DNA of 64,000 bases from Octopus sinensis (Eukaryota), in assembly GCF_006345805.1 (NCBI RefSeq), contig NC_043018.1, forward strand, positions 13,206,001 to 13,270,000. Direction: 5' to 3'. The number at the start of each line of letters is the position of its first letter. Within the stretch, counting starts at the first letter, position 1. Positions 37,751-51,555 of this stretch are shown one piece after another. The notes under the pieces were generated by a model. It was not told the origin of the DNA and did not search any database. It worked only from the letters and a program-made list of their open reading frames with translations. The position numbers were made by a program, and so were the translations under genes.

Positions 37751-38849
37751 TCTCTATATATGTTCACAGTACAGTGTCCAGTTCCTAAGGGATATGTCTT
37801 GTTTATAGGTGTGGCTGTGTGGTAAGAAGCTTGCTTCCCAACCACATGGTTCCAGGTTTAGTTCCTCTGTGTAGCATCTTGGGCAGGTGTCTTCTGCTAA
37901 AGCCTTGGGTCAACCAAAACCTTGTAAGTGGATTTAGTAGGCAGAAACTGAAAGAAGCCTGTCGTATATTATATGTATATATCTTACGTGTGTGTATGTG
38001 TTTGTCCCACACCACTGCTTGGCAACCGGTGTTGGTGTGTTTACGTTCTCGTAACTTAGCTGTTCGGTAAAAGAGACTGATAGAATAAGTACGAGGCTTA
38101 AAAAGAATATGTCCTGGCGTTGATTTGTTCAACTAAAATCCTTCTATGCTGTGCCCCACCGTGGCTGCAGTCAAATGACTGAAACAAGTAAAAGATAAAA
38201 GATATAAACACACACACACACGTTGAAGCAGAGTCTTATGAACGCATACAAAGGCAGATGAGCTGGTTCTCTCTCACTCTCTCCCTCTGTCACGCACACA
38301 CACTCGTGGTCATATTTACAAGTGCATGTGTTAGTGCTTCCTCTATTCTAAACGACCTCTTTCATTAACTAACACACTTCACTTTCCTCCGATGGAATCA
38401 AACTATTTTTAGTAGACTCTCAAGGAGTGTCCTTTCGTAGCAAATGAGGTACGTTGCACCTCGACCCTTCATGTCACTCTGCCATTTCATTTCCAATATA
38501 TATTTATTTTTTTATATCCAGTCTTGTACTCTTTCCCTTTCTTCCTCTCCTCACATCGCTCTCCTCTACTCATTTTTACATCACTCTCCTCTACTCTCTC
38601 CACTGTTATTTTTCAGTCATTTAATTATTCCTTCCTCGCTTTGTTTCAAAGATTTAACTTGAAGGGACAGTTAGTACAATGGAAGGTGTTTAAGCACCAG
38701 GTCAGTTTTAATCCATTAGATCTAAAACAGCAGATCTCAGCTGAGGGGTCCATAAATGCCCTCTGTGGGGTCCATATCAGATTTTATCATTTAAAATTTA
38801 TGTACAATAAATAAATTTGGTAGATGGAAACTGAAAGAAATTTGATGCA

Positions 38850-38894
<45 letters not shown>

Positions 38895-39919
38895 CGTTGC
38901 CAATGCCAGCGCCGCCTAGACTGGCTTCTGTGCCAGTGGCACGTAAAAAGTACTATCCGAATCGTGGCCGTTGCCAGCCTCACCTGGCACCTGTGCAGGT
39001 GGCACGTAAAAAGCACCCACTACACTCACGGAGTGGTTGGCGTTAGGAAGGGCAGCCAGCTGTAGAAACACTGCCAGATTAGACTGGAGCCTGGTGCAGC
39101 CTTCTGGCTTCCCAGACCCCAGTTGAACCATCCAACCCATGCTAGCATGGAGAACAAACATTAAACAATGATGATGATGATATATATATATATCTGTGTG
39201 TGTCTGTGTCTCCCATCATCGCTTGACAACTGGTGTTGGTTTGTTTATCTCCCTGTAACTTAGCAGTTTGGCACATGAAACTGATGAAATAAGTACCTGG
39301 CTTTAATGCAAAAAGGTACTGGGGTTGATTTGTTTGGCTAAAATCCTTCATGTCAGTGCCCCAGCAAGGCCGCAATCCAATGACTGAAGTAAGTAAAAGA
39401 TAATAGATTAAGAATTCCTGATAATATTTAATTATGAAAATATGACGGGATTTTTAAAACATCAAATGACTCTGTGACCATCTGAGAAAAATAGGAATGA
39501 AAGAGGTCTATAGATAAAAAAGATGGTTGAGAACCTCTGATCTAAAACAGTCTTTTTAGGACTTCCCATTTTGTTTTTGTTTACAAAGTATCTAGAACAA
39601 GAATGCTTGCATCCCTGTCTCAAAAATATACCTGGTTTCCCTGGTAATACCACACAGCAAATGATTGGAGTGAAACCCTTTAACATTCAGGTGACAAACT
39701 CTATTTATTCACATTGTGTTCAATTAATAATGCATTATCTTGTAGCTTTGAAGTTTTGATGACATGATTGTACATTATTACAATGACATTGTAGGATAGG
39801 TGTGAGAAGAGAGACCTGGCCAGGTTGAATATTTTGGCCGGATATGGCCGGTTTAAATACCAAAGTGTTAAAACTTTAGAACAATATTTAAAAAAAAAAT
39901 CTTTTTGAGGCTGTTATCT

Positions 39920-40385
39920 ATGAGGGTCAGCTGAAAAACTTCATAGGCTGACCGAGATACTCTCATGAAATGTGACCAAATGGACTTCGTGTTTCAACAT
40001 AGGCCCCTCCACTCCCCCCCCCCGACTCCATCGCTGAAGAAGCTTTTATCCTGTTGGTGAAGAACGTCACCAACAACCAGACATGATGACACGTCATCAC
40101 TGCAAAACTAGTTCTCAGTCAAGTGTTTTTGCATGTTGGGGAAGAGATAATAGTCAGAGAGTGCCAAATCAGGAGAACGGGGGGGGGGGGTGAGCAGCCA
40201 GTCCAGAGCTACAGTCACGTGCAGCAGCCATTGAAAGCAAGGACTGATGAAACGAGACCCCTTTAATCAGTTTTCTCCAGGTGTTTGGTGTTGATAGCCT
40301 CTCATAACTCTCTCAGCAAATTTGCATAGTACTCTCCATTGGTGGTGTGGCCCTTTTGATGATAGTCAATAAGCATAATGCACAA
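39920..40385 (-). mobile_element. mariner (DD34D) transposase remnant
   Basis: LIDYHQKGHTTNGEYYANLLREL...FHQ on the minus strand; TA|TGAGGG terminus. Confidence 0.75.
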
Positions 40386-40769
40386 GACCCATCACTTTCC
40401 TTGCAGATGAAATGACCTTAGCCTTCTTTGGAGCTGATCATTTAATGTCCGTTTTCCATGCCAGCATGAGTCAGATGGTTTGACTGGAGCTGTTGAGGCC
40501 AGAAGCTGCACCAGAATCCATGACCCTGTTCTGGCATGGTTTCTGTGGCTGGATGTGCTTCCTAATACCAGCATCTTCCCTGGCTGCTTTTTATGTGACA
40601 CCATCACTGGCGTCAATTCTGCTGTGGTGAACAGGTCTTCATTGAGATATTAGGTGCATTGCTGTTCTCAAGAAGACCCATCTGCTACAGCAGAATTCAT
40701 ACAGGTGCTGGTGCCACATAGAAAGCACTCTTGCTGGGGTAGGTGTATATGTATGAGACCCCGGGTTTA

Positions 40770-41170
40770 CAAGTTTTATTTTTCAAACACAAGATTCAAA
40801 TTTTGAATGAAGTGCAAAAGTTTCTGCTACCACAACAAATGGCTCTGCTGACGCTACATCGAAGAGGCCAGGGAACAGAAGAAAGAAGACATGCACCCAA
40901 CACCAGAGCTGAAGACACCTCTGAAGGTGGTGGTGGGGGGGCACATCAAAACGGTAGAGGTGTAGGGGCCAAAACCGGACGTGGTTCCTCCTGATGATGT
41001 CTTGAGCTAACTGGATCCTATAAAGGAGCTGTTGTGGAAGCAGACCACGAAACACGGTTGTAATTCCTCATATTTTAGTGTTGTGGACTTGTCTGCGATT
41101 CTTCCAGAAGCATTTGGTATTTCATAATATGTTGCTGTGATGAGATCAATGATATCTCAATAACAAAAGC
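40770..41170 (+). mobile_element. Highly decayed maT-like transposase remnant
   Basis: HNKWLC...LKVVVGGHIKTV... loosely follows the layout of the 57.5-kb transposase. Confidence 0.35.
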
Positions 41171-41804
41171 ATTTGATAATGAAACTAAACCAATAGGAGG
41201 ATCCTGGTTGTATGGTAGTGTTGGAATATATTAGTCTATTTTTGTCACAGAAAATTTTGATAAGTCATAAAACACCAAACGTTTTTTAATACTGTGAAGT
41301 ATTACTACTTTGTAGTAGCCCACTTGTCAATTTATTAGTGATGGTGTTGCAAGGGGTATGTGTGTGTGTGTGTTGAGCTATATTTGTGTTTGGTTTTTAA
41401 GGTCAGTAAGATTTTTATAGCCAGGGTTTGATCAGTATGTTGTTTCTATAAATTTTAACCCTTGGTGACATCAAAGAAACTCACTCATAACTTTGCTTTT
41501 CAAGAGGAATGGCAAGATTAATAGCAAAGATAATATCAAATATAAAAAAAACAAAATTGTAACAAATTGAAAACTGAAAACTTTATCTACTAGCATTTGT
41601 TGCTGTATGTATGTGTGTGTGTGTGTGTGTGATTGTATTTTTCAGTGAGTGGCTGTGTGGTTAGAAGCTTACTTCCCAACCACATGGTTCTGGGTTCAGT
41701 CTCACTGCTTGGCACCTTGGGCAAATGTGTTCTACTATAGCCTTGGGCTGACCAAAGCCTTGTGAGTGGATTTGGTAGCCAAAAACTAAAAGAAGCCTGT
41801 CGTG

Positions 41805-41867
<63 letters not shown>

Positions 41868-42847
41868 TTGTGTGTCTGTATTTGTCTCCCCGCTATCACT
41901 TGACAACCAATGTTGATGTGTTTACGTCCCCGTAACTTAGCAGTTTGGCAAAAGTGACTGATAGATTTGTTTGATTTATTTGACTAAAGGCAGTGCTCCA
42001 GCATGGCTGCCATCAAATGACTGAAACGAGAGAAGAAAAGAATATATATATATACCTACATATATATATATATATATTTATATACATTCACAGATGTATG
42101 TGTGTGTGTGTGTGTGTATATATACACACACACGGATATAGTTACGGATATACATACGGATATATTTAAAGAGAGATGAGTCTTTAATTATCAGCAATGA
42201 TCTTATAAAAGTTGTCACCAACGAGTTATTTTTTCTTCTAAGGTTTCACTTTCATTATCAGAGCAATTAAAATGTTATTGGCAGATTTCAAAGTGATTTT
42301 GTTAGTGAGTTGGTTTGGAAGCCATCATGCAGAGACTTTATTGAAGCCAAATCTCTTGTGGATGTTTGTAATGGCAGATCTATGATTAATTTACATATTA
42401 GGAGTGGCTGTAAGTAGCTTGCTTATGAACCACATGGTTCCAGGTTCAGTCCCACTGTGTGGCACCTTGGGCAAGTGTCTTCTATTATAGCCTCGGGCCG
42501 ACCAAAGCCTTGTGAGTGGGTTTGGTAGACAGAAACTGAATGAAGCCCGTCATATATATGTATATATATATATGTATATGTATATGTATGTATGTATGTG
42601 TGTGTTTGTGCCCCCAACATTGCTTGACAACCGATGCTGGTGTGTTTGTGTCGCTGTAACTTAGCAGTTCGGCAAAAGAGACCGAGAGACCGATAAAATA
42701 AGTACTGGACTTACAAAGAATAAGTCCTGGGGTCGGTTTGCTTGACTAAAGGTGATGCTCCAGCATGGCCACAATCAAATGGCTGAAACAAGTAAAAGAG
42801 TAAAGAGTACTATTTCTCCCTCCTTCGATAATAGCTTTCCTGTTTAG

Positions 42848-43286
42848 CCCTTTCGCTCCTTCAGATTTTTGTCTGTCAAATGTAATTCTTATTTATTCTC
42901 ATTGTTTGGAATTAATCCGGTGTCATCTTGAAGCTCTTCAAGATTTTGACGATGGAATTGTTTATTTTTAGAATGAGTGTGAAGTAGTTGTGAGAGGCTG
43001 GATCTGACTAGTTTGAACACGAAATAGAAATGTTTTGGCCGGATATGACCGGTTTAACCTTTTTGCTACCATATTTCTGTCGAAATACTCCATCCTTGTT
43101 CCAGTTAATCTTGAAAATAATAAAAGAATTAGTAAAATAACTTTGTCATTATTATGTTAGTGTTTGGAACATAAATTTACTGGAACTTTTGAAGGAAGGT
43201 TTTAAAACAAAACAGGAAGTGTGTATCGTATAAAACAAGGGGTGGTCTTGGTTGGGTTCGTATCAAAACGGTTAAATGCTAAACGG
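42848..43286. mobile_element. piggyBac-type MITE containing a second nested MITE (43058-43271)
   Basis: The inner element is flanked by TTAA at 43054-43057 and 43272-43275, inside the outer element's subterminal sequence. Confidence 0.8.
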
Positions 43287-44319
43287 TTAATATTGTCATC
43301 ATCACAGACTTGATCAAGTGTCTGTCTTCTCCTTGATGTGTGGTATTTGTGTAACCAGGTTTTGAATTTGTCAATCTGAGCAGAGACAGACCATTGCTGT
43401 TAGACACTGTACCTGTGTATGCTGAAAGGCTTTGATCAATTTTGTCCCCTGTTAACCTTCAGCTTACAGAACACAGATCACTGAATGCTACTCTTGTTTG
43501 GAACAGAGAAACGGCAGGGTGACGACCTTAGTCAACAGACTAGAAGGAGGCTACATCCAGTGATATACAAACAAACCAATTTTGCCACTTTCAGGAGAAA
43601 GAACATTTTTAGTGCATCCTGGATAACGACTGGCTGATTATCATCGTTTATGTTGCCATGGATTGAATGGCTTTTCCAAAGTAGTGTTTTTCAGCTGGAT
43701 GTCCTTCCTGTTGCCAACTCCTTTTGTCTTGAGGCATGGTTCAGTGGAGGGGAAGACAGCTGCAGCAGTGCATTGTGAAGTACAAAGAGCAAGACGGGAC
43801 GGTCATCTACAACATCCATCTCCATCACTAATTGTCTTGACCTGGTCTTGCCACCGGACTGAAGATGGTCATGCAAGAGAGATTGAGGTTGATAGGATGT
43901 GCCTCTCCTTCACTTTAAACAAAGTCACTGCACAGGTTGTCATCCGTAACCCTTAAACGGTGGGCATCATCAATTGATATTTCAAAGGTTTTACATGGAT
44001 ATGACAATCATAAAGTGAAAATAAGTGTAAAAATTACTTTTAAGAAAAAGATATTTTTTTTGTTTCTTTTGCCTGCTTGGAACCGTTTCTTGCTGTTTCT
44101 AGGTAAAAGGATGACCAGAAGGTCCTCATTGTTCTGACACATGGAACGTTTGTTATTTTAAGCTGAAACATCCTGTTGTGCCACTTAAAACGTTTCTGAA
44201 GCATTAAGTAGTGACAAAAGGAAGTTCTGGCTTGAAATATGTAAAAAAATTATGAACTCTACTTTATTTACTGAGTACTTTTTTCCTCTTGTTTGTCCAA
44301 CACACACACACACACGTGC

Positions 44320-44324
44320 ATGTG

Positions 44325-44398
<74 letters not shown>
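44320..44398. repeat. (CA)n microsatellite
   Basis: Direct. Confidence 0.97.
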
Positions 44399-44399
<1 letters not shown>

Positions 44400-44804
44400 G
44401 CGAAAATGTTTCTCATTGTATCATTGAATCCAAGACAATCTTAGATTGATTCAGTAGGATTAAACTGACCTTACTATTTAGAGAAAGCCTGCAAAGGGCT
44501 GTGGAAATGATCTCTTCTTTGGACTTTAAAAGAAAAAGCCATTAAAACTCTTGAGTGTCTAGTTAAATTTAAAGGCACTTATGCTGGTGACACATAAGGG
44601 GCACCTGTGCTGGTGACATACATCAGGCACCCATGCTGGTGACACATAAAAGGCAGCGATGCTGATGATACATAAAAAATATCTGGTACACTCTATGGAG
44701 TGGTTGGCATTAGGAAGGACATCCAGCCATAGAACCCAAGCCAAATCAGATTGGCACCTGCTGCAGATCTCTGGTTTACCAGTTCAAGTCAAACCATCTA
44801 ACGA

Positions 44805-45345
44805 TTTCAATTTCAGTTGCTTCAGCAGGTCTTTGCAAGCAGAGTTTAGTGTCCAGTGAAAGAAAGATACGTATAAGTGGGCTGGCTACACTCCTGGCAT
44901 AGGCCACGGGTTATGGTCTCACTTGGCTTGACGGGTCTTCTCAAGCACTGCATATTTCCAAAGGTCTTGGTCACTTGTCATTGCTTTGGTGAGGCCTAAA
45001 TTCAAAGGTCGTGCTTCACCACCTCATCCCAGGTTTTCCTGGGTCTACCTCTTCCACAGATTCCCTCAACTGCTAGGGTGTGGCACTTTTTCACACAGCT
45101 ATCCTCATCCATTCTCGCCACATGACCATACCAGTGCAGTTGTCTCTCTTGCACACTACATCTGATGCTTCTTAGGGCCAACTTTTCTCTCTGACATTAC
45201 ACATCCAGTGGAGCATACTGGCTTCATTCCTTGCGAGCTTACACATGTCTTCAGCAATCATGGCCTGTGTTTCACGCCATGTAGCATGGCTGTTCGCACA
45301 CATGCATCATACAGTCTACCTTTTACTCTGAGCGAGAGGCCCTTT
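44805..45345 (-). mobile_element. RTE-clade LINE 3' end
   Basis: Same family as 37390-37750, extending further 5'. Confidence 0.85.
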
Positions 45346-47075
45346 GTCATGAGCAGAGGTAAGATCTCTCTGAACTTTGCCCAGGCTATTCTTATTCTAG
45401 CAGCTAACACACACACACACACACCGGGATTCTTTTAGTTTCCATCTACCAAATCTACACACAAGGCTTTGGTCAACCCGAGGCTATAATAGAAGACACT
45501 TGCCCACGGTGCCATGAGGTGGGACTGAACCCAGAATCATGTGGTTGGGAAAATCACTTGGCATTGATGTAAATTTGGTAATACATACCTTTTTAAATCT
45601 TTTACCTGTTTCAGTCATTTGACTGGCCATACTGGGGCACTACTGTGAAGGGTTTTAGTTGAATGACTCCACCTCAGGACTTATTTTGTTTAAGCCTGCT
45701 GCTTTTTCTATTGGTATCTTTTGCCAAACCACTGAGTTATGGGGCACAAACAAGTGTCAAGTGGTGGTGGTGGCAGGGGACAAACACACACATGTCTTCT
45801 TTTAGTTTCTGTCAACCGTTTCCACTCACAGAGTTTTGGTCAGCGCAGGGCTATAGTAGAAGATACATACCCGAACCCTACGCAGTGGGAGTAAACCAAG
45901 AACTATGTGGTTGGGAAGCAAACTCCTTATCATTATAGTCTTGCTTGCACATAAACAAACAAAAAGTATGTAATATGCCATAGCTATATGAAGTGTGTGT
46001 GTGTCTGTGTGTCCACAGAAAAAAATAATTCACAGTTACTAATCACATGAGAAACAATACTTAAATGTGATTGTTGCAAAAGTTAATTAGGAAAGAATTC
46101 TGCAATGAAGGAAGATAAGGAAAAGCAACATTAGATAACGAGGAATATTATTTTCACCTTAGAAGACCCATTTTAGCAGAGACAGCCACACAAAAACTGT
46201 TGTATTAATTTCTCATTTATTTCATGAGGTACAAGTGTTGCTGTGTGGTTAAGAAGCTTGCTTTCTAACCATGTAGTCTTGGGTTCAATCCCACTGTGTG
46301 CCAGTGTGGGTGAGTGTCTTCTCCTACAGCCCTAGGCCAATTAAAGTTGTGTGAATGGATTTGATAGATGGAAACTGAAAGAAGCCTGTTGTATGTATGT
46401 ATGTATATGAATATGTATATGTGTGTGAGAGAGAGATTGTGTGTACTCTTGTCTTGGTGTCAGTTAGCATCATCATCATCATCATCATCCTACAAATGAT
46501 ATTGTTCATTTCCAGTCTTCTATGAAAACCATGCCTGGCCATTGGGGGAATATTACTATGCTTGGGAAACAGCTGAGGATTGGTGACAAGAAGGGCCTAA
46601 TACTGTTCTAGAAAAATATGCCTTATCAAATTCTGTCTGACTCATGGAAAAGTGGATGTTAAATGATGATGACGATATGCCAAAATTGTCATTGTATTAT
46701 TTCAACCTTAGTCACTGATACAAGTCCACTGCAACTATTTGAAGGATAAAGTTCTTTTTTTTTTATTGTTTTCTGATGGATAAAACAGGATAGCAGTTAG
46801 TTGTACAGAAGGACAGAACAGGATGTTATCAGCTGAATCTCTTGACACCAGTTATCATTGTCACTTAAATAATTCTATTTGTGACTTGTAAAAGGCACTT
46901 GTGCTGGTGGCTCATAAGATGCACTTGTGCCAGTGAAACATAAAAGGCACCCGTGCCAGTGGTGATATATAAAAAAGCACCTATGCTAGTGATACATGAA
47001 AAGCACCCATGTTGGTTCAACGTAAAAGGCACCGCACCGATGCCATGTAAAAGGTACCCATGCTAGTGACATGTA

Positions 47076-47296
47076 CGAGGGGTGGGGCTGAAAAGGTCCT
47101 GGCCTTGGGTAAAAGGAAACACAGGAGAATCAGTTAATTATGATTTTATTCAACATATTCCCCTCTCAGATCCACACACTTATTGAAATGGTCCTTCATT
47201 TTTGCTAATCCTCCTTGTAAAAGTACTTGGAAGGTTGGGCCTACAACCAAGCCTTTCGCGATACCCTTAATGCCTGGAACTTTTCACACCCCCTTG
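47076..47296. mobile_element. mariner-derived MITE inserted into a TA of a family B copy
   Basis: TA|CGAGGGG...CCCCTTG|TA; shares its internal sequence with 49498-49698. Confidence 0.8.
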
Positions 47297-48929
47297 TACA
47301 AGACACCCAATACACCTCTATGGAGTGATTGGTGTTAGGAAGGGCCATAGAAAATAAGCTAAAACAGACTGGAGCCTGGCACAACTCTCTGGCTTATCAG
47401 TTCCAGTCAAACCCTCTAACCCATGCCAGCATAGAAAATGGACAGTAAATGATGATGATTTTCTGCCTGATTAAAAGCATGTAAATATTGGATTGAAAAA
47501 TATTTTATTTGTTTATTTGCATCATTATTTCTGTATGTATTTATATATATATATTTAGTATAAACATGTTTAGGAGACAATTAGAGTGATGTGTCATGTT
47601 TATAAAAAGAAAATGTTCTTTCACCGCCTGAAGTCACTTCTGTCAGGCAGACCTGTGTGTAGTCAATGGCAAACTGTCAGTGATCTTTGCATCTTTTATT
47701 CTGACATAGTGTGAATACATTATCATAATGTATTGTTCCAGTTTTTCTTTTTTATACTACTGATCCAATTTTTAGCATGTTGAGTGACCGTTGACAAGTG
47801 CAATTGAAATGTTTAAGGACCGTATTCGTTAAAAACTGAGTGCAATTGTCTTTATTTTACTCAGTTGTTAATGAGGATTTTCATTTCCTGTGTTGGTCTA
47901 TTTGGAAATACATTCGAACCGAATGAAAGAGAATGTAAAGCAGAGAATTTATTGCACAGCATTGGTTAATTAAATACATTCTAGCAGAAGATATCATCTG
48001 ATACTACATTCTCCTCTTCACTAACTCTAACTCTCTCCTTCTTTTCAAAGCTCCCTCTTCAGTGTTCTCCCTCTCTTTCTTCCCTTTTGCTCTGTCTGTC
48101 TGTCTGTCTCCATACTGCTTCTATTCCCTCTAAACTCCCTTCTAACTTTCACTTCTTTCCTATTTATCTCCCAGTCCCTTTATTGTCACCCCCCTCCCCC
48201 AACCTGGCTTCCAAACTTTGCTGATTTTACAGCCTGCAGTTTCTATAATTGACAAACCTGCAAACAATTGAGGTGAAGCAGCCAGCCAGCCAGCCAGCCT
48301 CTCCAAACCAATCATGCCATTTAATCTACCACCACCACCACCACCACCGCCATCCCACAAGCCTCTCCTGGCTCCTCCTCCTCCTCTCCCATCTCTTGCA
48401 TACTCAGCACACATCAGCCTCCCTCCCTCCCTCCCATCCTCTTAACCTCACATTCTGCTATCAAGACAAACCTAGGAACAATAAAAATTCCAGACATGCC
48501 AAACATGAGATGAGGTGTTGGTTGCCGCCACAGAGGTGGAAGAAATGCAAACAACATCCAAATGGAGTCACAATGCACAACGGTGCACAATGCACAACCG
48601 ATGCAATTTACACAGAGATATATTTTGCTGTACAGTTATGCTGTCCTCAAATCAACCCGAATTTTGTATTAAAGATAGATTTTAGCTGTGACCATCCTGT
48701 TTAATAATTTTTTTTTGCAGTCATAGTGTACCTTGGATCACATTATTTGATGTTTTCTTTTTGTTATTTTTTATTTCACATCATTCTGTGGTTCCAAAAT
48801 TACTTGTTATTTCTAGCTGGTTATTTGCTGTTATATCTCGTGGTTATTTCTAGCAGGCTGTAACAGTGTTCCCCTCTTTGACTTCCTCACTTTGGATATA
48901 AACTTATGATCAAAGGGCTATTCTGATCG

Positions 48930-49290
48930 TGATCATACTTGGCTTACTGGCACAAGGGATTCTGGGACACTGTTTTGACATGTGACGGACACACTATTGT
49001 AAATGGGAGAAGTGGTTCTCCTGTGACACACAGAACAGTGATGAACATATTTGTATTGGAATCTGCTGGAATGTATTAAGAATAAAAAACACATATAAAA
49101 ATCATTGTTTCAAATCTCGCTGTTCACGGTGCAAATAAGATTTTTCTATCAGTTGGCAGATAGAAGCACTGATCAGCAAACTGTTTGCTCACTGAAATTA
49201 TAAAGACAGTGGCTTGTTTGGACTCAAAGGTCTGCGTGGTTCGGGCTGATGAGGCATAACATGCCAAAACAGCAGTGTTCCAGAGTCCCT
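48930..49290 (+). mobile_element. Decayed Penelope-like 3' end with a degenerate hammerhead
   Basis: GHCFD and LES-LECIKNKK-like remnants; CTGATGA at 49246-49252 plus a GGCAT/ATGCC stem. Confidence 0.4.
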
Positions 49291-49394
49291 TGCAAACCGA
49301 GTGTATTATTCATGCCATCAAAATAGGGAAATGTTTTCTTGTGACGTGCATAATAGTAATTAGCTTTTTTGCTTTTGAATCTGCCAGAACATAC

Positions 49395-49430
<36 letters not shown>

Positions 49431-49434
49431 ATAT

Positions 49435-49468
<34 letters not shown>

Positions 49469-49497
49469 TCACACACACACGTATGTGTGTGTGTGTA

Positions 49498-49698
49498 TAG
49501 GTGAGGTGCTGAAAAGTTCCTGGTTTTGGGTAAAAGAAAATACAGGAGAATCAGTTAATTATGATTTTATTCAACATATTCCCCTCTCAGATTCACACTT
49601 ATTGCAGTGGTCCTTCATTTTTTCTAAGCCCTGTAAAAGAACTCCAACCAAGCCTTTTGTGTTACCCTTAAAGCCGGAAACTTTTCAGCACCTCTTCA
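49498..49698. mobile_element. mariner-derived MITE
   Basis: TIRs GAGGTGCTGAAAAGTT / AACTTTTCAGCACCTC. Confidence 0.8.
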
Positions 49699-49744
49699 TA
49701 TATGTATGTATGTATATAAGCCAATGGACACACAAAAGTAAAAT

Positions 49745-50120
49745 GTTAAATGAGGGTAAATTTGAAATGATGTACTTGGGGGAAAAGACTACCCCAACAG
49801 CCATATTCTCTTCCTTTAGGAGAACTACTCACAAGATCCAGTAATATCAGGGACTTAGGAGGGATTGTTGACAACAATCTCAGCTGGAGTGTCCACATCA
49901 ACAATAAACTTATGGCTTGCTGGATGAACTCAGGATCCTCAGAGAGCAATGTGTCATCATTCCCCTTTTCACCTTTGTATGGCCACACTTAGAATATTGT
50001 TGCCCCTGTGGTTTCCCTTACACCAAACAAAACATTATGAAAATTGAGTCACCCATGAGAGCATTCACTAGAAAAATTAAAGGGTATGACTGATCTTGAT
50101 TATTGGGACCACCTTAAAAC
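49745..50120 (+). mobile_element. CR1-clade LINE RT remnant
   Basis: IRDLGGIVDNNLSWSVHI ... RAFTRKIKG...DYWDHLKTLN. Confidence 0.75.
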
Positions 50121-51127
50121 ATTGAATCGCCCAACTTACCGGTGGGCGATATCGTCCACTTTGGGAAGCTATGCTTTAAAGGCAGGGCTGTCCTGTTATT
50201 TTTAGCAAGCATGACAACCATCTCAGGGACTGTGACAAAAATATTCGATCTATAAACAAGTCTGCCTTTTTTTTAATACAAAGCGACGTCTCGTGTGAGT
50301 AGTCAAATCGATAAAAGTGCATCCTTATTCTAGGCATGCCTAGATATCAGTAAAAGCACTTAATTTCTAAAAATTCATTGTCACCCACAAAATGTTCATA
50401 TCGCCTGCCAAAATCTCAAATCATCCACCATTTTCTAGAAATTCACCCATCACCCACCTGTAAGTTGAAATCGCCCACTTTGGGAAGCTATGCTTGTTGG
50501 AGTACTGGTTTCACTGGAGTTGACAAGAAAAGGAAGGGAGGAAGGAAGGAAGGGAGGAAGGAAGGAAGGAAGGAAGGAAAGGAGGGAGGGAGGGATTTTG
50601 AGAGTGACAAGTACAGATGACAGCTTGGTATAGTTTGGTGTGAGTAAAATCTTGAAGCTTAAACAGTTTCAATGCATGACCCTGTGGTTAGTAGTGTGGA
50701 GCCTTAATAATTATATAATTAAAGCACATCTAAATTGGGCTATAATTAGCTTCCCTCTCCTTTTTTTTCTTTCTTTTTTTTAATCATTTGCTGCATTCCA
50801 TTTATCTTCCTCTGCTTACATTGGTCGGCGGCCAGGACTTGCTCAGGTTCTTCGGACTCCTCCTTTCCTACTGTTTCTTAATCAACCTTCTGTGGAACAA
50901 GAAGGGAAACACTTCTTACTTTCTTATTTCGTTTCTTTTTCTCTTTAAATGGGGTTCACTTTTAGAGAGAGAGAGAGAGAAGGAGGGAGAATAATTGTGT
51001 GTGTGTATGTTGTGCTGAGAGTAATACAGGACAGGAATTGGCAAGCCACAGCCTGCAGACCTAATCACCTATCAATGAGTAAGAGGTGTTAAAAAATTCT
51101 TTATGTTCTTTAGAGAACAGTAAGGCA

Positions 51128-51288
51128 TAGGAGTGGCTGTGTGGTAAGCAGCTTGCTTACGAACCACATGGTTCCGGGTTCAGTCCCACTATGTGACATT
51201 TTGGGCAAGTGTCTTCTACTATAGCCTCGGGCCAACCAAAGCCTTGTGAGTGGATTTGGTAGATGGAAACTGAAAGAAGCCTGTCGTA

Positions 51289-51329
<41 letters not shown>

Positions 51330-51555
51330 ATATGTTTGTGTGTCTGTGTTTGTCTCCCCCCCACCAACATTGCTTGACAACCGATGATGAGGATGTGTTT
51401 ACATCTCCATAACTTAGCAGTTCGGCAAAAGAGACTGATAGAATAAGTACTAGGCTTCCAAAGAATAAGACTGGGGTCGATTTGCTCGACTAAAAGGCAG
51501 TGCTCCAGCATGGTCGCAGTCAAATGACTGAAACAAATAAAAAAGAGTAAAGAGT
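51128..51555 (+). mobile_element. Family A full copy
   Basis: Head, body and tail as in 2463-2838. Confidence 0.9.
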
